Positions 11,854 to 26,108 of a stretch of 64,000 bases of DNA are shown here, one piece after another. Made by a program: the position numbers and the translations under genes. This stretch comes from Octopus vulgaris (taxonomy: Eukaryota), in NCBI GenBank assembly GCA_951406725.2, contig OX597822.1, positions 59,520,001 to 59,584,000 on the forward strand, written 5' to 3'. Under the pieces are notes generated by a model that saw nothing but the letters and a program-made list of their open reading frames with translations, searched no databases and was not told the origin of the DNA. How positions within the stretch are numbered: position 1 is the first letter of the stretch; every line of letters begins with the position of its first letter.

Positions 11854-12039
11854 CATATAAATTAATTTGAAGCTAATAATACTTCATCAATTTGGGATTT
11901 AAACGAGAATATACTCCAGGCTTATATACACCAGATAAGATTATTGCACAAATTTTGCAGAAGTATGCTTCAACTCATACTTGCGTATTAGGTACAGAAA
12001 AGAATAATATCTAGCATTGATCAATTTAACATTAATTCT

Positions 12040-12249
12040 TTCTTCTATAGGTACGTGACCTGAATTTTTTTGTGGTAGAGGGAGCTGAGCGATTATATCA
12101 TCTCCAGTGATCAAATGGTGCTTATTTTAACGACCCCAAAAGGATGAGAGTCAACCTTGGTGGTATTTGAACTTAGAACATAAGATCAGAAGAAATACGC
12201 CTAAGCATTTTGTCCGGCCTCCTGATAATTCTGCCATCCCACCGCCTTG
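12040..12249 (-). mobile_element. SINE family B
   Basis: CGACCCCAAAAGGATGA..TTGAACTTAGAAC..CCACCGCCTT. Confidence 0.7.
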
Positions 12250-12660
12250 ATGAATATTTGTAGTTTTTGTAAACTTCAGCGTTGTACTTGTTTACCGAGT
12301 CAATTGATCTAAAGTGCTGAAATCGAACAGAAAGGAAAATGGACCAAGTTATCATATCTATAAGAACTGATCACTAACAAAAGTTTCCAAACTTATCATT
12401 GCATTGTGCCAGTGTCAATCATAAGTGTGTGACAGAAACTTCGATACCCCCAGAAATGAACTTAAAGTGAATTTAGGAAATATTGCGAGTTTGCAACTTG
12501 CTGAATGTCTCTTCCACGATATGACTGCTTTCGCAAACTATAGGTGTCAAAATTATTACGATAGTTTGCCGGTAACTCATGAAGGATTAAATATATTTGT
12601 GTCTATTGTTTGTATGTTTTCCTGTTTTTCAGCATGTTCATTTGTCGACACACTGTGCCA

Positions 12661-12665
12661 CATCA

Positions 12666-12761
<96 letters not shown>
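12661..12761. repeat. (CAT)n(TAT)n microsatellite
   Basis: Direct reading. Confidence 0.95.
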
Positions 12762-12762
<1 letters not shown>

Positions 12763-13239
12763 GTGTGAGTATGCACACGTGAGTATGCACAAGTGTTTAT
12801 GCTGGAGTGAACTGAAATGGAATATATTATTTTCGTATGTGCTAAACTTAGGTTAGTTATTATATTTCTCTTTCAATTCTAAATAGTGTCATCGAGAAAT
12901 TTGAAACAAGAATTCCGTTATTTTATTATTTATTTCTAGTAAATATCAGTCTTGATGTTAACGCTGACAAAGCAGTCAGGCTATTTAAACAAAAGGAAAT
13001 GTGAGCTGTTGCTATGAACACACATAAAAAGGCATTGTGAGGTATTTATTTCACCCAAGGCAATAGTTTATGTTACTTCGACCTGGTATGATGTAACAGC
13101 TAAAACTTTCTCATCAGAAATGGTTTCGTTTATGACAATTAGCCACGTTCTATTTGCTTATAATGCTGTGGTTAGCACTGTAGGGCACGCTATCAACGAA
13201 TCGCTCATCTTTGACTTGGTTTCCAGGGAGGTCTGTTTA

Positions 13240-13350
<111 letters not shown>

Positions 13351-13364
13351 GAATAATTATAGAT

Positions 13365-14370
13365 TATTACAGAATTGTTAACACGCCAGGCAAAACGTTT
13401 TGCGACATTTTGCCAGCATTCGCAGTCTGATTTCAAATTCCACTGAGGTCGACTTTGCCTTTCGTCCTTTCGGGAACGATAAAATAAGTAGAAGTTGAAC
13501 ACTGGGGTCGATTATCAAGAGTGAAGAGCTGGTAGGATCGTTAACGCGTCGGACAAAATGTTTAGAAGCATCTCTTCCTGCTCTTTCCGTTATGAGTTGA
13601 AACGCCATCGAAGCCAGCTTCAACTTTTAGTTTTTCGGGGGCCATAAAATATAGAGCATATCAAGTTTTAGGGGCGATGTGATCGACACACCATCTCTCC
13701 CTAAATTTGCAGGCGTTGTGCCAAAATTTGAAACAATCATTAATATTATTAAGAAAGCCCGTCTTTACGTTCCGATTTTAAACGCCGCCAGGGTCGACTT
13801 TGCTTTTCTGCATTCGAGATCGATAAAATAATTACCAGTTGAGCACTGCAGTAATTTCACTGAATTGTTGTAATTCCATTGAAGTCGACTTGTCTTTTAT
13901 CTTTTCGAGGGTCAATGAAATAAGTACCAGTCAATTCCAGGCAATGGACTAACCTCCTCCGCAAAATTTAAGGCCTTGTGCCAATAATGAAGAAGATTAA
14001 TATCATTAAGGCGCCGACCCGGTGACGCGTCTGACAAAATGCTTAACGACATTTCGTCTGTCTTTATGATCCGACTGTAAGTTTCGCCGAAGTTGACTTG
14101 CCTTTTATCCTCTCGGGATCGATAAAATACGTACGTACCATTTGAGCACCTGGTTCGATATAATAAATTAACCCTCTCTCTCTCAGAATTCCAGGCCTTC
14201 TGCTTATAGTTTAAATAATTATTAATCTGGTAAATGGCAAAATTAGAAATATTTCCAGGTATTTATTTAAAAGTTTTTCTTCCCTGTGAAAAATTCCACT
14301 GTGGGCGATGCAATCGACTGGCCACCTCCCCTCGATAATACCAGGCTTATGCTTAAATTATAAACAATTA
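13365..14370 (+). mobile_element. Head-to-tail array of ~5-6 partial, diverged SINE B copies
   Basis: GTCGACTTTGCCTTT..GATAAAATAAGTACCAG recurs near 13450, 13610, 13795, 13885 and 14095, with ATTATTAA spacers. Confidence 0.75.
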
Positions 14371-14862
14371 TATGTTGTTAGTTGTTTTTGATGGGGTTTG
14401 TACCACATTCTTTTCAACAAGTAGTACTATCATGCATTGTTATAGTTTTTGCTTAACATTTTGTGAGTCCATTTTCAACTTCGTGTTTAATGATATCTGC
14501 AGCTGTTTGTCCACCTTCGTCACAACTGCCTTTTACGGTAGCTTCCCCTTTATATATTTCTGACTTCCTTGACGACAGACAATATTTATATTATTTTACA
14601 CAGAGAAAATTTTACACAGATTTTTTTCTAAAAGTCTATGGCGAATATAATATTTCCGTGTCAGTTTTTCAAGTGTAGTCATAATTATTTATTCCTTGTC
14701 AAATGCGTTGGTAATTCAATTATTTAAGAATTTTATTACTATAGTATGTTACTTGATTGTATTGATTCTTGTTTCGTTATCTGATCCTTGTTAACTCAGT
14801 TTAAAACATTAATCTATTGTATGTATAATATTCTTTCGTAACCTAACCTTGTACTCCATTTA

Positions 14863-16171
14863 CGAGAGTCGGCTGTAAAGTTCATAGGCTATCCAAGATA
14901 CTTTAATAGAATGCGACTAAATAAGATTCGTTTTTCGACATAATCCCTCCACCCCCTTGCAGTCCACACCCTTCTTCCATCATTATTACAGTGCTTGGAT
15001 CCTAATGGTGAAGAAGTTTTCATTGTGTTGGTTAAAAAAGCAGATATATGACGTAATATAGCAGATATATGACGTAATCATCACTGAGATACTGATTCCC
15101 ATCCAAGTGTTTTTATGTTGGGGAGCAGATGATAGTCAGATAGGACCAAATAAGGAGAATAAAGAGGGTGATCAACCGGTTCAAAGATACAGTCATGCAC
15201 AGTATCCACTGAAACCAAGGCCTTGCGCGTTGGGGCATCGAAAACAAGGCTCATTTACGTCAGTTTTCTTGAAAGTTTGGCCTTCATAGCCTTTCGTAAC
15301 TGCCATAGCAAGTTGCCACAGTACTCTCCATTGATGGTGTGGCCCTTGAAAATAGTCAATAAACACAATGCCTTTTGCATCTCAAAAAGCTGAGGCTAAC
15401 AACTTCCCAGCTGATGAAACGAACTTAACCTTCTTTGGAGCAGGTGAGGAGTATTGTTCTTTGTCGCTGACTCATCTTGCCTTAGGAACACTTAGCAACA
15501 CTTAGCAACACACATCTTGACTTAGGAAACGTTCAAGGAAACCAACTGGATCTGCCTCAAGCAATAATATTTTCCTATGATGTGATCAGCCTGGTGCGCA
15601 TTTGATCAGGTGTCATAGGACGTGGCACCCTCCAAGCAGAAACCTTCGTCATACCAAGTTCATCGGGCAGACTATTCTCAACTTTCTCATCGAGTTAGGC
15701 TAATAGTTATGCTAATAGCATTCGCTATTTAATTTATAGTCAATCGCCGTCATCCATCGCTATGTAGTGAACACGATCAATGTTTCTCTAGGTGGTGGCA
15801 GATTCAAGACGTCCACACCTTGAGTTATCTTCAAGATTCTCCCTTCCCCTCGTAAATTCATTTTTGTATTGATGATAAAACCGGAGTGTCATCTCTTAAT
15901 GTCAGCATGAATGTCAGTATTGATGTTGTCAGGAGTTAAATCTTTTTTCTGCAGGCACCTGATAACACGACGATGCCAAAATTTGTCCATTTTCAAGTCG
16001 GTACTAGTTACTCTTGAAATTTTCTTTGAACAGTCAGATGTCAGTTTAGATAGAAAGAAACAATGCATTTATTAATTAAAAGAGTTGAATGGTTGAAATT
16101 AATTCATGCAAAATTTCATGGCCCAAGCATCATTCCTTCATAGACAACTTGAACTTTACAGCCCACCCTCG
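14863..16171 (-). mobile_element. Full-length decayed mariner element (~1.3 kb)
   Basis: TA|CGAGAGTCGGCTGTAAAGTTC ... GAACTTTACAGCCCACCCTCG|TA TIRs with TA duplication; typical mariner length; no intact ORF; strand inferred. Confidence 0.8.
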
Positions 16172-17499
16172 TATTTGCAATAAAGTGCAATAAAACACAC
16201 AAGAAATAAAACAAAATATTATTGAAGGAAATAACTGTTGAAATATTGCTGGTTACGTTCACTAAGGCATTGCACGACTATGTTCACTTAATCATTTTTC
16301 AAATTGTGTCCGAAAGTAATTTAATGACCTAGAAAATATTTGTTGAGTCAATTGGTATGGAAAACAGCCAGCGTTATGAGGATAGTCGCTTTTAAGTTAA
16401 GTTTGGTGTAATGTCTTGGTTTTAATTTTACTAATAATCTGTTCTGCATGCTGTTTATGTTCTGGACCTAACTTTTTTTATTAATGTCGCTGAAGCTTGT
16501 TCGGAAAATCTGTGGCACCAATGTTGCGGAATTTGGTCTATTAATCGTTTGTGTGATTTTCATAGAATGGTGAATCTTAGGTTATCTTGGTTCTCTTCAT
16601 TTACTTCATTATTTCCCCAAGAAAAGCTTAAGTTCTTTGGAAGAAAATATTCTTCCTTACCTGTTTTTGTTGATTTATGCCAGTTTTTCTTTTCTGTAAT
16701 TTCCGCTTCGCTTCGCTGGAGATGCCGTAAACTTAGAGCATCATTAGTTAAAACATGTCTAAATTTCCACGTAGGTGTTAACAAACAGATGGGCTGCCTG
16801 ACCAGTGGAACACATCCTTTCCAAAGACAAAAAGCAGAAGAGCAGACATTCCTGTCACATGCGACTTGAAAAGGTACAAGGCATGACGGTCTCGTGGTAT
16901 TAGATGACAGGTGTAGGTTTTCTCCAGCTGTGTCCGACTTTTCAAGGATAAGTTCTTCTCGGCCTATTTTTGGCTTAGACTGGTCAATCTTCTCGCTATC
17001 TTGTCCCAGTCTTTGTCCACATGAAGATTTGGACAAAGAAGACTCCGAACAGTTTAACTGGTCTCTCCTTTCATCACCTCGTGATAGTGCTAGATGGCAT
17101 GGAACTTCCTCTCAAGACGCAGGGTTGCAGACCCATTGACTTTCTTGGTTAATTTTGGTTCTTGTCTACACCTCTTAGTCTCTTAGAAGGTGCCGACCCG
17201 ACCACTTCGATGCACTTGGTATGGTATTCTATTACGATTACGTTATCCATATATACTGATTCTAATCCGTGCGATGTGCTCCACAAACTCTCCAGTTTCT
17301 GCGGTAGTGGCTCAAGGACCACCATAGTAAACCTTATCGATTCTGCCCTGATCGCTCTTTTCAGTGTTGTCGATTCTCCTCGTAAATGCTAGCTTATCTA
17401 ATACGCCAATATAGGATCCTTAAGCTTGGAGCGCTTAGAAAGACACCAGTTTCTGAAAACTGTGTCCCTGCCTACAGAATTTATCTTCGTTGATCGTGC

Positions 17500-18150
17500 A
17501 AATCAAAACTTTGAGGTTTGTTTAGTCGACACTTTGAGTTGTGGGAAATATACCTGTTCTTACTCACTGACCTACTGAATAATCTATCTAGATCTGGAAG
17601 ACACAATAAAATTACTAGATGTCCATACTGGCACAAATGGGAAAAGGCAATCGGCATACGTCAGACAAATAGAGTAGATTTGTGAAGCTTTTGTAATTTA
17701 TCTAATATCAGCCGCCTTCCATGCAATCCAAGCGTGTACCCAGCATGTTGTTCTAATCACCCAGTCGCACTAAGCAGCGGAACATTTCTAGGAAGATCTG
17801 AAGTGGCCGGAAGAAAGCTGGTCGCTTCACCGTCTTTGAAGCGAAGACGGACACTAGTTTGAAGATATGGCCATCGTTGCTCATCAGAACTTGCATCACA
17901 AACTTACATTCTGCCTCTAAAAACATAGTTTACATTGTGAGATCCATACCTTTCTGAACTATTACAACGGCTCTACTTTCAGATCTCGGTCAAATCGAAG
18001 ATGCATACACTTTGTAGTTACCAAAATAGACATGAAGATTAATGCCTCAGAAATTCATATCTTGTTGATGGCTACTGAATCTCTATCTGCTAACCTGCAC
18101 CTGCGGTCTTTGGACAGATGGCTGTGCTTCAAAGATGACACTGGCTATTC
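17500..18150 (-). pseudogene. L1/Tx1-like LINE APE endonuclease relic
   Basis: Minus translation FGNYKVYAS..SRAVVIVQKG..FLEAECKFVMQV..GHIFKLVSVFAS..FFRPLQIFL..LVRLGD*N..PVWT..LDR follows APE motif order. Confidence 0.65.
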
Positions 18151-18399
18151 TGAATAAGGTAATCTTAGATAAAAGGTGGGAAATCAGAAGGGCGGTTTAC
18201 CCTGTATCATGAATATCATTAACATTATACCATCAATATATCATCCGCATTATATCATAAGCATTATATCAACATCACAACATAAATATCATCCGATCAA
18301 CATTATATTTACATTGTATCACCAACACTATAATATCGATATTATGTCATCAATATAAGATCACAAACATTCATTTCAATAAGATTTTGTCATCTATAG

Positions 18400-18555
18400 C
18401 AGTGGCTATGTGGTAACTAACTTGTTTATCAACCACATGGTTCCGTGTTCAATTCCACTGCGTGGCACCTTGGGTGAGTGTCTTCAGCTATAGCCCCGGG
18501 CTAACCAAAGCCTTGTGAGTAGATTTGGTAGACGGAAACTGAAAGAAGCCCGTCG

Positions 18556-18616
<61 letters not shown>

Positions 18617-18830
18617 TTGTATGTCTGTGTTTGTCCCCCACCATCGCTTGACAAACGATGTTGGTGTGTTTACGTCCCCGTAACCTAGCGGTTTAGCAAA
18701 AGAGACCGATAGAATAAGTACTAGACTTACAAGGAATAAGTCCTAGGGTCGATTTGTTCGACTAAATTGATGCTCCAGTATGGCCGCAGTCAAATGACTG
18801 AAACAAATAAAAGGATAAACGAATAAAAGA
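18400..18830 (+). mobile_element. SINE family A with internal (TA)n
   Basis: Near-collinear with 4437-4887. Confidence 0.85.
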
Positions 18831-18952
18831 ATATATCAACATAATATTATTATATTTGTATCGTCAACTGTTCAATACTCTATCATATTTTACTGTCATG
18901 GTGGCTGTAAAATGGCAACTCAACTTGGTACTTCATATCGTATATTTATTGA

Positions 18953-19343
18953 TTTTATCTTTTACTTAGCTTAGCCATTGAACAGCGACTATGATGGAGT
19001 ACCGCCTTCAGGGTTTGAGTCGAACAAATCGAACCCAATATTTTTTATTTTATAGTTTGGTACTTATTCAATGGGGGTCTTTTGATGAACCGCTAGATTA
19101 CAAAGGTATAAACAAACCAACACCGCACCAGTTGTCACATGGTGGGAGAAGCACAAACGCAAAAACACACACACACACACATATGTACGACGGGCTACCA
19201 CACAGTTTTTGTCTATCAGATTCACTCACAAGGCATCGGTCGGCCCGATGCTATTCTGGACGACAGTTCCGCACAGTGGGACTGAACCTGAAACCAAGTG
19301 GCTGCAAAGCAAGCTCCTTAACCTCACAGTCATACCCGTGCCT
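18953..19343 (-). mobile_element. SINE family A, older diverged copy
   Basis: Reverse-complement similarity (GAGTACCGCC..GTCGAACAAATCGA..TACGACGGGCT..CAGTGGGACTGAACC). Confidence 0.7.
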
Positions 19344-20029
19344 TTAAACATGCGTCCAGTAAACCTCAAGTGCGTGAGAGAGGAAGAATGAAGAGAAATC
19401 CAAGAAGTGAGAAAAGGTAAAGGAAGACTAAAAGAGAGGGTGGAGAGAGAAAGGAAAAGGGATTGGAGCGATAGAAAGAGAGAGGGAGTGCAGAGAGGAA
19501 GAAAGGGAATGGAAAGAGGGAGTGGAAAGTGAAAGAGTGTGTATGTGTGGAGAGAAAGTTATAAAAGAAATAAGTATATAACTTCCACACTGACCCAAAT
19601 TTTACTTTGCAGGATGTCAAGTGTGAATAATTTCAGAATTTTGATCACGTGCGGAAGTCAAATGAAATTCTAGCAGACATTCATGCAGCGAAATGTCTTG
19701 GTAAGGCACGAGACTAGCAGACACGTGATGAGTGAGCTTGAACTTTGTGTGACGGCCACTGCTGTTTAAATTAGCTTAATGTGGACAACTTACGGCTTTA
19801 TGTTGACTCAGCTAAATTTCAAGGATTAAATTTCTGAACATTTTCATTCATTACAGAAAAGAAAATATTCTAAACACTATGATATGTTTAAGAAACTGAG
19901 ATGGCATTCGGATTAAGAATAGCATAAAACAGCAACAAAAAACGCTACTACCGCCACCACCACCACCACCACCACTAACAGCAACAACAACAACAAAAAT
20001 AACAATAACAACAACAATAATTACAGTTG

Positions 20030-23000
20030 TTTATTGACTACAGGGACCTCACACAAATAGACAGCAGTTTATGTAAAATGCAGAGAAATAAATACGATGG
20101 TGTGCACACAGACAATAAATTGTGAGATGGTTGAAGACAGTAGAACATGAGAAACACTGAAAATAATGCTTAAACCATACAAAGAAAGGCATCCATAACC
20201 ATGGCTGATCAAAACACTCAACACACCGACCACTTTGCGCTGTAGACTTGCTCTAAGCCCGGCTGTAATCTCTAGGCAGAACTTATGGACTTGCTTTCGA
20301 ATACGTATCAGTTTTCTCACTTGTATCTGCCTTTCATCAAATTTACCACATTCGGCTCTACTCTGACCCTCGTTCCAATTGAATTTGTAAGAGTTGCTCG
20401 GGGAGATTGAAGTCTACCTTCAGCTCTCGTAAACGTGTCCATCATACAAGATCAGCAATTGCCACGCCACAGACGTAAACCGCATGCTCCAGTCTGGCAA
20501 AGTTTTTGTTTTAAGAGATTCAGTCGAATTCAGACGCACTCTACACGCAATAAATTCTATGCAACGCATCTCCTTACCAATGCTGCATTTTCTCGAAGTT
20601 GTCCATTTTTTGGAAGTTGCCCGAAAGTTCTGCGGAATGTGTAGCTGGTCTTTTTCAACATGCAGGTTCTTCTCTAGAACATCGTTGCTCATACCTATCC
20701 TAAATCCTAACACTAACCACATTGCCCTTTCTGCCAGAGAGCTGTGAACACCTGACAACATTCCACATGTCAGATACCCAATTCTGGCTTTCGCTTGATC
20801 TTCAACAAGAAGCTAGAAAGACACTCCGAGTGACCAGATACAACCTGGCATTTCTGCCTGCCAGTTTGAACGGGATATTCCTTGAACTTCTACAGCAATA
20901 GTTCGAGACAAAATGTGTACAAGTGATGTAGAAAGACATCTTTGATGGGCCTACACCAAACCATTCCGAATAATGGCCATCAAGCTGATGCCACTCTACA
21001 ATCCAGTGAACACATACTGGAATAAGTCTTTAGAGCTGCATACAATAGCCAGCAGCGTTACTGGACCCTGTCGAAAACTTTGATTCAAGTTAATCAGCAC
21101 ACACCTGCCAAAGCTGGATGTAGATCTCATGCTTCTGCAATATATCATATAATCTACGTGGATCACACAATTTTGTGCGGCACTATTTGCAACCTCTGAA
21201 AGAGAACCTTTGCCAAACTCTTTAAATTTCTTTTAAGCAGACTTTGAAAATTCATATAAATTTTCCCTTGCCTGCTTCTTGCCTAAGTAGCAAAACATCA
21301 TGCTTACAAAAGTGGAAATTCTCATAGTTTCCTACTAATTACTATGGACCTCTTTGAGATAAAATTGGTGACTAAAATCCTCAATGTGTCTCATTGAATG
21401 TTTCCCATCTAGGACCACGAAGTGCCGTCTGGGCTGTGAAAGATTGCCCTTGTCTCGAGAGCTAGGTCTTTCGTAATTGACAAAAAACACCTTACAAGAC
21501 CCGAACCGCTTAAAAGGAGGTGTGCACGTCAATTTCAGTGATGGGAACCCTTGTCCTCCTTGCGGCCATCACATCTCAATCAGCATACCTATCATTGAGC
21601 AACTGGTCGTGTTTCCAAACAATTCTCAACGTCAAAGATATTAATACCTCTAATCTTCTAGTTGTAGTTGATGAGAATCAAAAGAGGGTACTTACGCCGT
21701 GTTTGTATTTTCTTTTGTACTACCGAACGCAAACATACAATTTACAGGCTTTGGTTTAACAGCGAACTCTTACACATCTTGTGGGAAAAATTGCTGTTTG
21801 ACGGTAGACTGCAGCCATTGTCATAATAAATAGTCTGCTGGTTTGTATTGAACTTCTATTATAGTATTATTTTTTATTACCTTCCTTGTTTGTTTTACCA
21901 ATTTCATTTCCTTTATGTAGGTGAGATAAAACCAAAAGTTATAGGCTTTTAAACTACTTAGTCTTTAAATTTAGTCGATTCCTTTTGGATACAACTTCCG
22001 TCTTAGTTTCAGTTCGTTTCAACTTGTCCTCATGATATAATTTCTCCTCGTCATCTCAAGATGGTAAGTTGGAAGAGTCGCCTACGACCTCTGATCAACG
22101 ACCTTTAGCTAGATGGGACAAGATCGTTCTACTACTACTGGCTTTCTCACCGGTGATTTGTGGATAATGACAAGGAAAGTTGAGATCTTTTCTTGGCCAT
22201 CTTCAGACAAGAGATCGATGCTACTTTTAGAAGTATCAGCAACAGCAGCAGAAGAATAATGGGAACAGATTTTCTCTCTGTTCTATAGGGTTCTCGCTTC
22301 AGAAATACGGATGTCTTCTATTGGTTACTTCATTCACTTTTGATATTACATATGTTGAAAGGCCAGAAACTGTTGCGAATCCTTCCACAAAGCCTTGAAA
22401 GATGGAAGTAATGAACAGGAACTTATATACTAAATCTGAATATATGGCAGGATGGCCTTTGACCGTAAATTAGCTGATGTCAAACAAGTGGAACAATTAA
22501 CAACAGTTTGGATTGAAAATCTTTAGATACCAATTCAAAAGAAAAAAAATCACATTTTCTGGGATCTATTCAAGTTCATGTAAGATATACATCATATAAG
22601 TGTAAAAAGCGTGTGTCTATTTTCTGTTCTGCATAATCAACGTGACCGATTTAACGATAAAATCTCTGGTGAGATGTATTTCCGGTATGGCATTATGATC
22701 CTCGAGGGTCATTAGAATTTGAAGTACCATCTATCCGCGACTAATAATTTTAAGGGTAATTTCTTTCCGTAGAATCTCCCCACTGCTTCACATAAGTTTT
22801 GATCAACCATTTGTCGACTTCTTTTCCCATATGCTTTATCGTGATTATCTCGTTTTTATTTCACAAATATTGATGTACCAAACTATATGTCTATGTATGT
22901 GGTGTGAGTGCCGTCTTTCAGCCTTCTTCTCTGTTCATAACGTAACAGGGTTCCTGTTACAAGTCTATCAGCACCAAGACACTTTGAAAGTCTCCTTTCA

Positions 23001-23500
23001 GTGATATCTGATATAACCGACTATTCTGTAAGGAGATTCGGTGATATTTCACTGTTCTCATTGACCTTTCCTCAACGAGATCCTCGGGTAAAGAAGCACT
23101 GGTTTACGTTACATACATTGCCCATTGTTCATATTTTTTCTGGAACTTGGTTAGATCCCAAGCCTCATCTGCAGCGGGAAAGAATGGTGCTGTTTCTGGT
23201 TTCCACACATCTGTGACATTGCTCCTGATGTTACTGTTATTGTTGCCATTAGTAATATCGATGTTTGCCAATTTACCAATGTCAGTGTCATTGTTATTGC
23301 TCGTAATGTTAGTGGTGTCATAATAAATGTCTTTCAAACTGAAATCTTCATTTTTAAAATAGATTTTCTTTTTGTGATGCAAGGGAGTTTTCTTTAGATT
23401 GCCCTATATTTATAAAGCAACAGACATCATTGAGAGATGCTCTTGCCGCTAGCACATTGATAGCGTTATGCTTTGAAAATTAAAAAAAAATTCTTACGAG
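20030..23500 (-). mobile_element. Highly decayed L1/Tx1-like LINE (ORF1-like region, APE, RT and C-terminal remnants)
   Basis: Minus near 21100-21060 reads VLINLNQ..FDRV (cf. ALINLDQxKAFDRV); LLxK and LGV remnants; ends at (AAC)n/(AAT)n. The 5' extent beyond 21750 is less certain. Confidence 0.55.
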
Positions 23501-23697
23501 AGATTTTCAAAACACTGAAGTAAAGGAAATAGAACTTATTCCACCCCAAGCGGGTCAAAAAACATAAAAAATTCCACCCCCTGTTTGAAATAGTTTAAAT
23601 TAATCCCAAAATAGCAAAATACTCATTTGAACCATAAACACAACGTAAACTCTAGAACCAGAAAAAGCATAAGCTTATTTTTGTTGGAATTCAGGCT

Positions 23698-23896
<199 letters not shown>

Positions 23897-24144
23897 CACA
23901 TGATAAAAATAAGACTACTGAATAACAACATCAACGACAGCAATAAAAATGAATAATTAACGACAACTACAAGAACGGAAAGCAGAATAATTATATTAAT
24001 ATTAGCTATAATCATATCTGTATTTGCCAAAAGGGTTTATAAAGAGAAAAGTACAGCAGAAGGATATAATAATTTATATATTATTCTAATTAATGGGAGC
24101 AAATACAAGTAGATTCGGATTCATCAAAACGATCATTTATACAA

Positions 24145-24183
<39 letters not shown>

Positions 24184-24327
24184 CATACATGCATATATGT
24201 GTTTGTGTGTGTGTGTATGTGTTTGGATGTGTATGATAAAGGAGAGAGAAATATACCAACACGCACGCACACGCGAACTTTCCCCTCACATATATATGAG
24301 TGTGTATGTTTTTCGGTTTATACTGTA

Positions 24328-24699
24328 CTAGCAGTATCGCCCGGCGTTGCTCAGGTTTGTAAGGGAAATAACTATAAAGAATTTTTAGAGAGTTATAGCC
24401 AAAAAATAGCAAAAAAATGATGGTAAATTTTTTTTTTGAGTTAAAAAAGGTTGAGTTGCGTCCTCTAGACAGTCTGTGGTTTGTTTCTGATTCTCGACCC
24501 CATGTCGAATTTATCGATTTTTTTCAGAACTGGGGGAACTTTTCAAAATTTTCGCTGCGTTAGTTTTGAATTATGACATTGGGCTATGTGTGTGTCAAGT
24601 TTCATCAGAATCGGTTGAAAGCCGTGGTCAGGGTGAGGGTACAACCTAACAGACACACATACACACACACAGACAAACTGCCGTTTATATAGAGAGAGA
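24328..24699 (-). mobile_element. Short non-autonomous Helitron
   Basis: Minus A|TCTCTCTCTATATAAACGGCAG...CCTGAGCAACGCCGGGCGATACTGCTAG|T; 3' end shared with 9749-11783. Confidence 0.8.
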
Positions 24700-24804
24700 T
24701 TATAGAACACGGCTGAACTTTCTATGTATAGACAAATGTAAACGCCTTGTCTATGTATATATTTTGATATTTTAGCATACAGTAAAAGAGGTCAGCGACT
24801 GAAT

Positions 24805-24809
24805 ATACA

Positions 24810-24843
<34 letters not shown>

Positions 24844-24965
24844 CATACATACATACATACATACATACATACATACATACATACATACATACGTACATAC
24901 ATATATATACATACATACATACATACATACATACATTCATACATACATACATACATACATACATA
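24805..24965. repeat. (TACA)n microsatellite
   Basis: Direct reading; a similar tract lies at 10230-10370. Confidence 0.95.
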
Positions 24966-25120
24966 GCTGGCACTCCGTCGTTTACGACGACGAGGGTTTT
25001 TAGTTAATGCTATCAACGGAATAGCCTGCTCTTGAAATTAACGTGCAAGTGACTGAGCATTCCACAGACACGTCTATCTTCAACGTAGTTTTCATGGAGA
25101 TTCAGCTGGCCCTTTGAAAA
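24966..25120 (-). mobile_element. SINE family D, 3' fragment
   Basis: Reverse complement of 61970-62135 (CTCGTCGTCGTAA..CGGAGT; GAAATTAACGTGCAA; CATTCCACAGACACG). Confidence 0.75.
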
Positions 25121-25289
25121 TGCATACATAAATACATATGTATCAACGAACTAAAGTGCACATTACAAATTACAATGTGCAAGTGAAACAATAAAAGTAT
25201 ACATACATACATGCATGCATGCATGCATACATACATACACACACACACAAATATATACCTAAAGGTAAGTAGCTAACTAGAAAGTTTGA

Positions 25290-25293
25290 TGTA

Positions 25294-25384
<91 letters not shown>

Positions 25385-25460
25385 ATATCTATCAATCTGT
25401 CTGTCTGCCTGCCTACCTGCCTGCCTGCCTGTCTGTCTGTCTGTCTATCTATCTATAAAA
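25290..25460. repeat. (TATC)n/(TGTC)n/(TGCC)n compound microsatellite
   Basis: Direct reading. Confidence 0.95.
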
Positions 25461-25503
25461 GACGCCTATGTATATATGTATGTATATATATACACACACA
25501 TCC

Positions 25504-25550
<47 letters not shown>

Positions 25551-26108
25551 TGTATATATGCGTCTCTCCACACACGTACGCACGCATACATACACGTTCG
25601 TGCATTTATTTGTATGTATTTAAAAAAAAAATGAGTTGCGCAAATGGTAGGTGGGAAAAAGAGAGAGTTAGACTAGGAGAGAGAGAGAGAAAGAAAGATT
25701 GAGGGAGAGACAGGAGTGGGTAGTGAAGGAGGGTGAGAGAATGGGGAAGAGACTGATACAGAATATGCCAATATCAACAGGAATAGAGAGTAATGAAAAT
25801 AGTAGAAATAGAATGTAAGTCAAAAAATAAGAGAGAAACAAATCATAAACTATTGATGCAATTCCTCATTTGTGCCAACTAAAATTTGAAAGTGACTCAT
25901 GACTCGTTTTCATGTTTCTCTAGGCTGAGCAGGCATACACACACACACACATACACACACACACACACACGCACACACACGCACACACACGCACACACGC
26001 ACACACACACATACACACGTATATGCATATTTGTTTGTACGCGCTGGTATTCTATGTGCATGCGTGTATGCATATTGATACATATACACACGCATATATA
26101 TAGTAAAT

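Noticed and set aside
13365-14370. Repeat-spacer appearance suggestive of a CRISPR array
   Set aside because: Units are diverged SINE fragments of irregular length in eukaryotic DNA, with no cas genes.
15040-15080. 21-bp tandem duplication GCAGATATATGACGTAAT
   Set aside because: Local duplication inside a dead mariner, with no sign of function.
19612-19700. AG..GTAAG-bounded candidate coding exon
   Set aside because: Stops in all three frames and no independent support.
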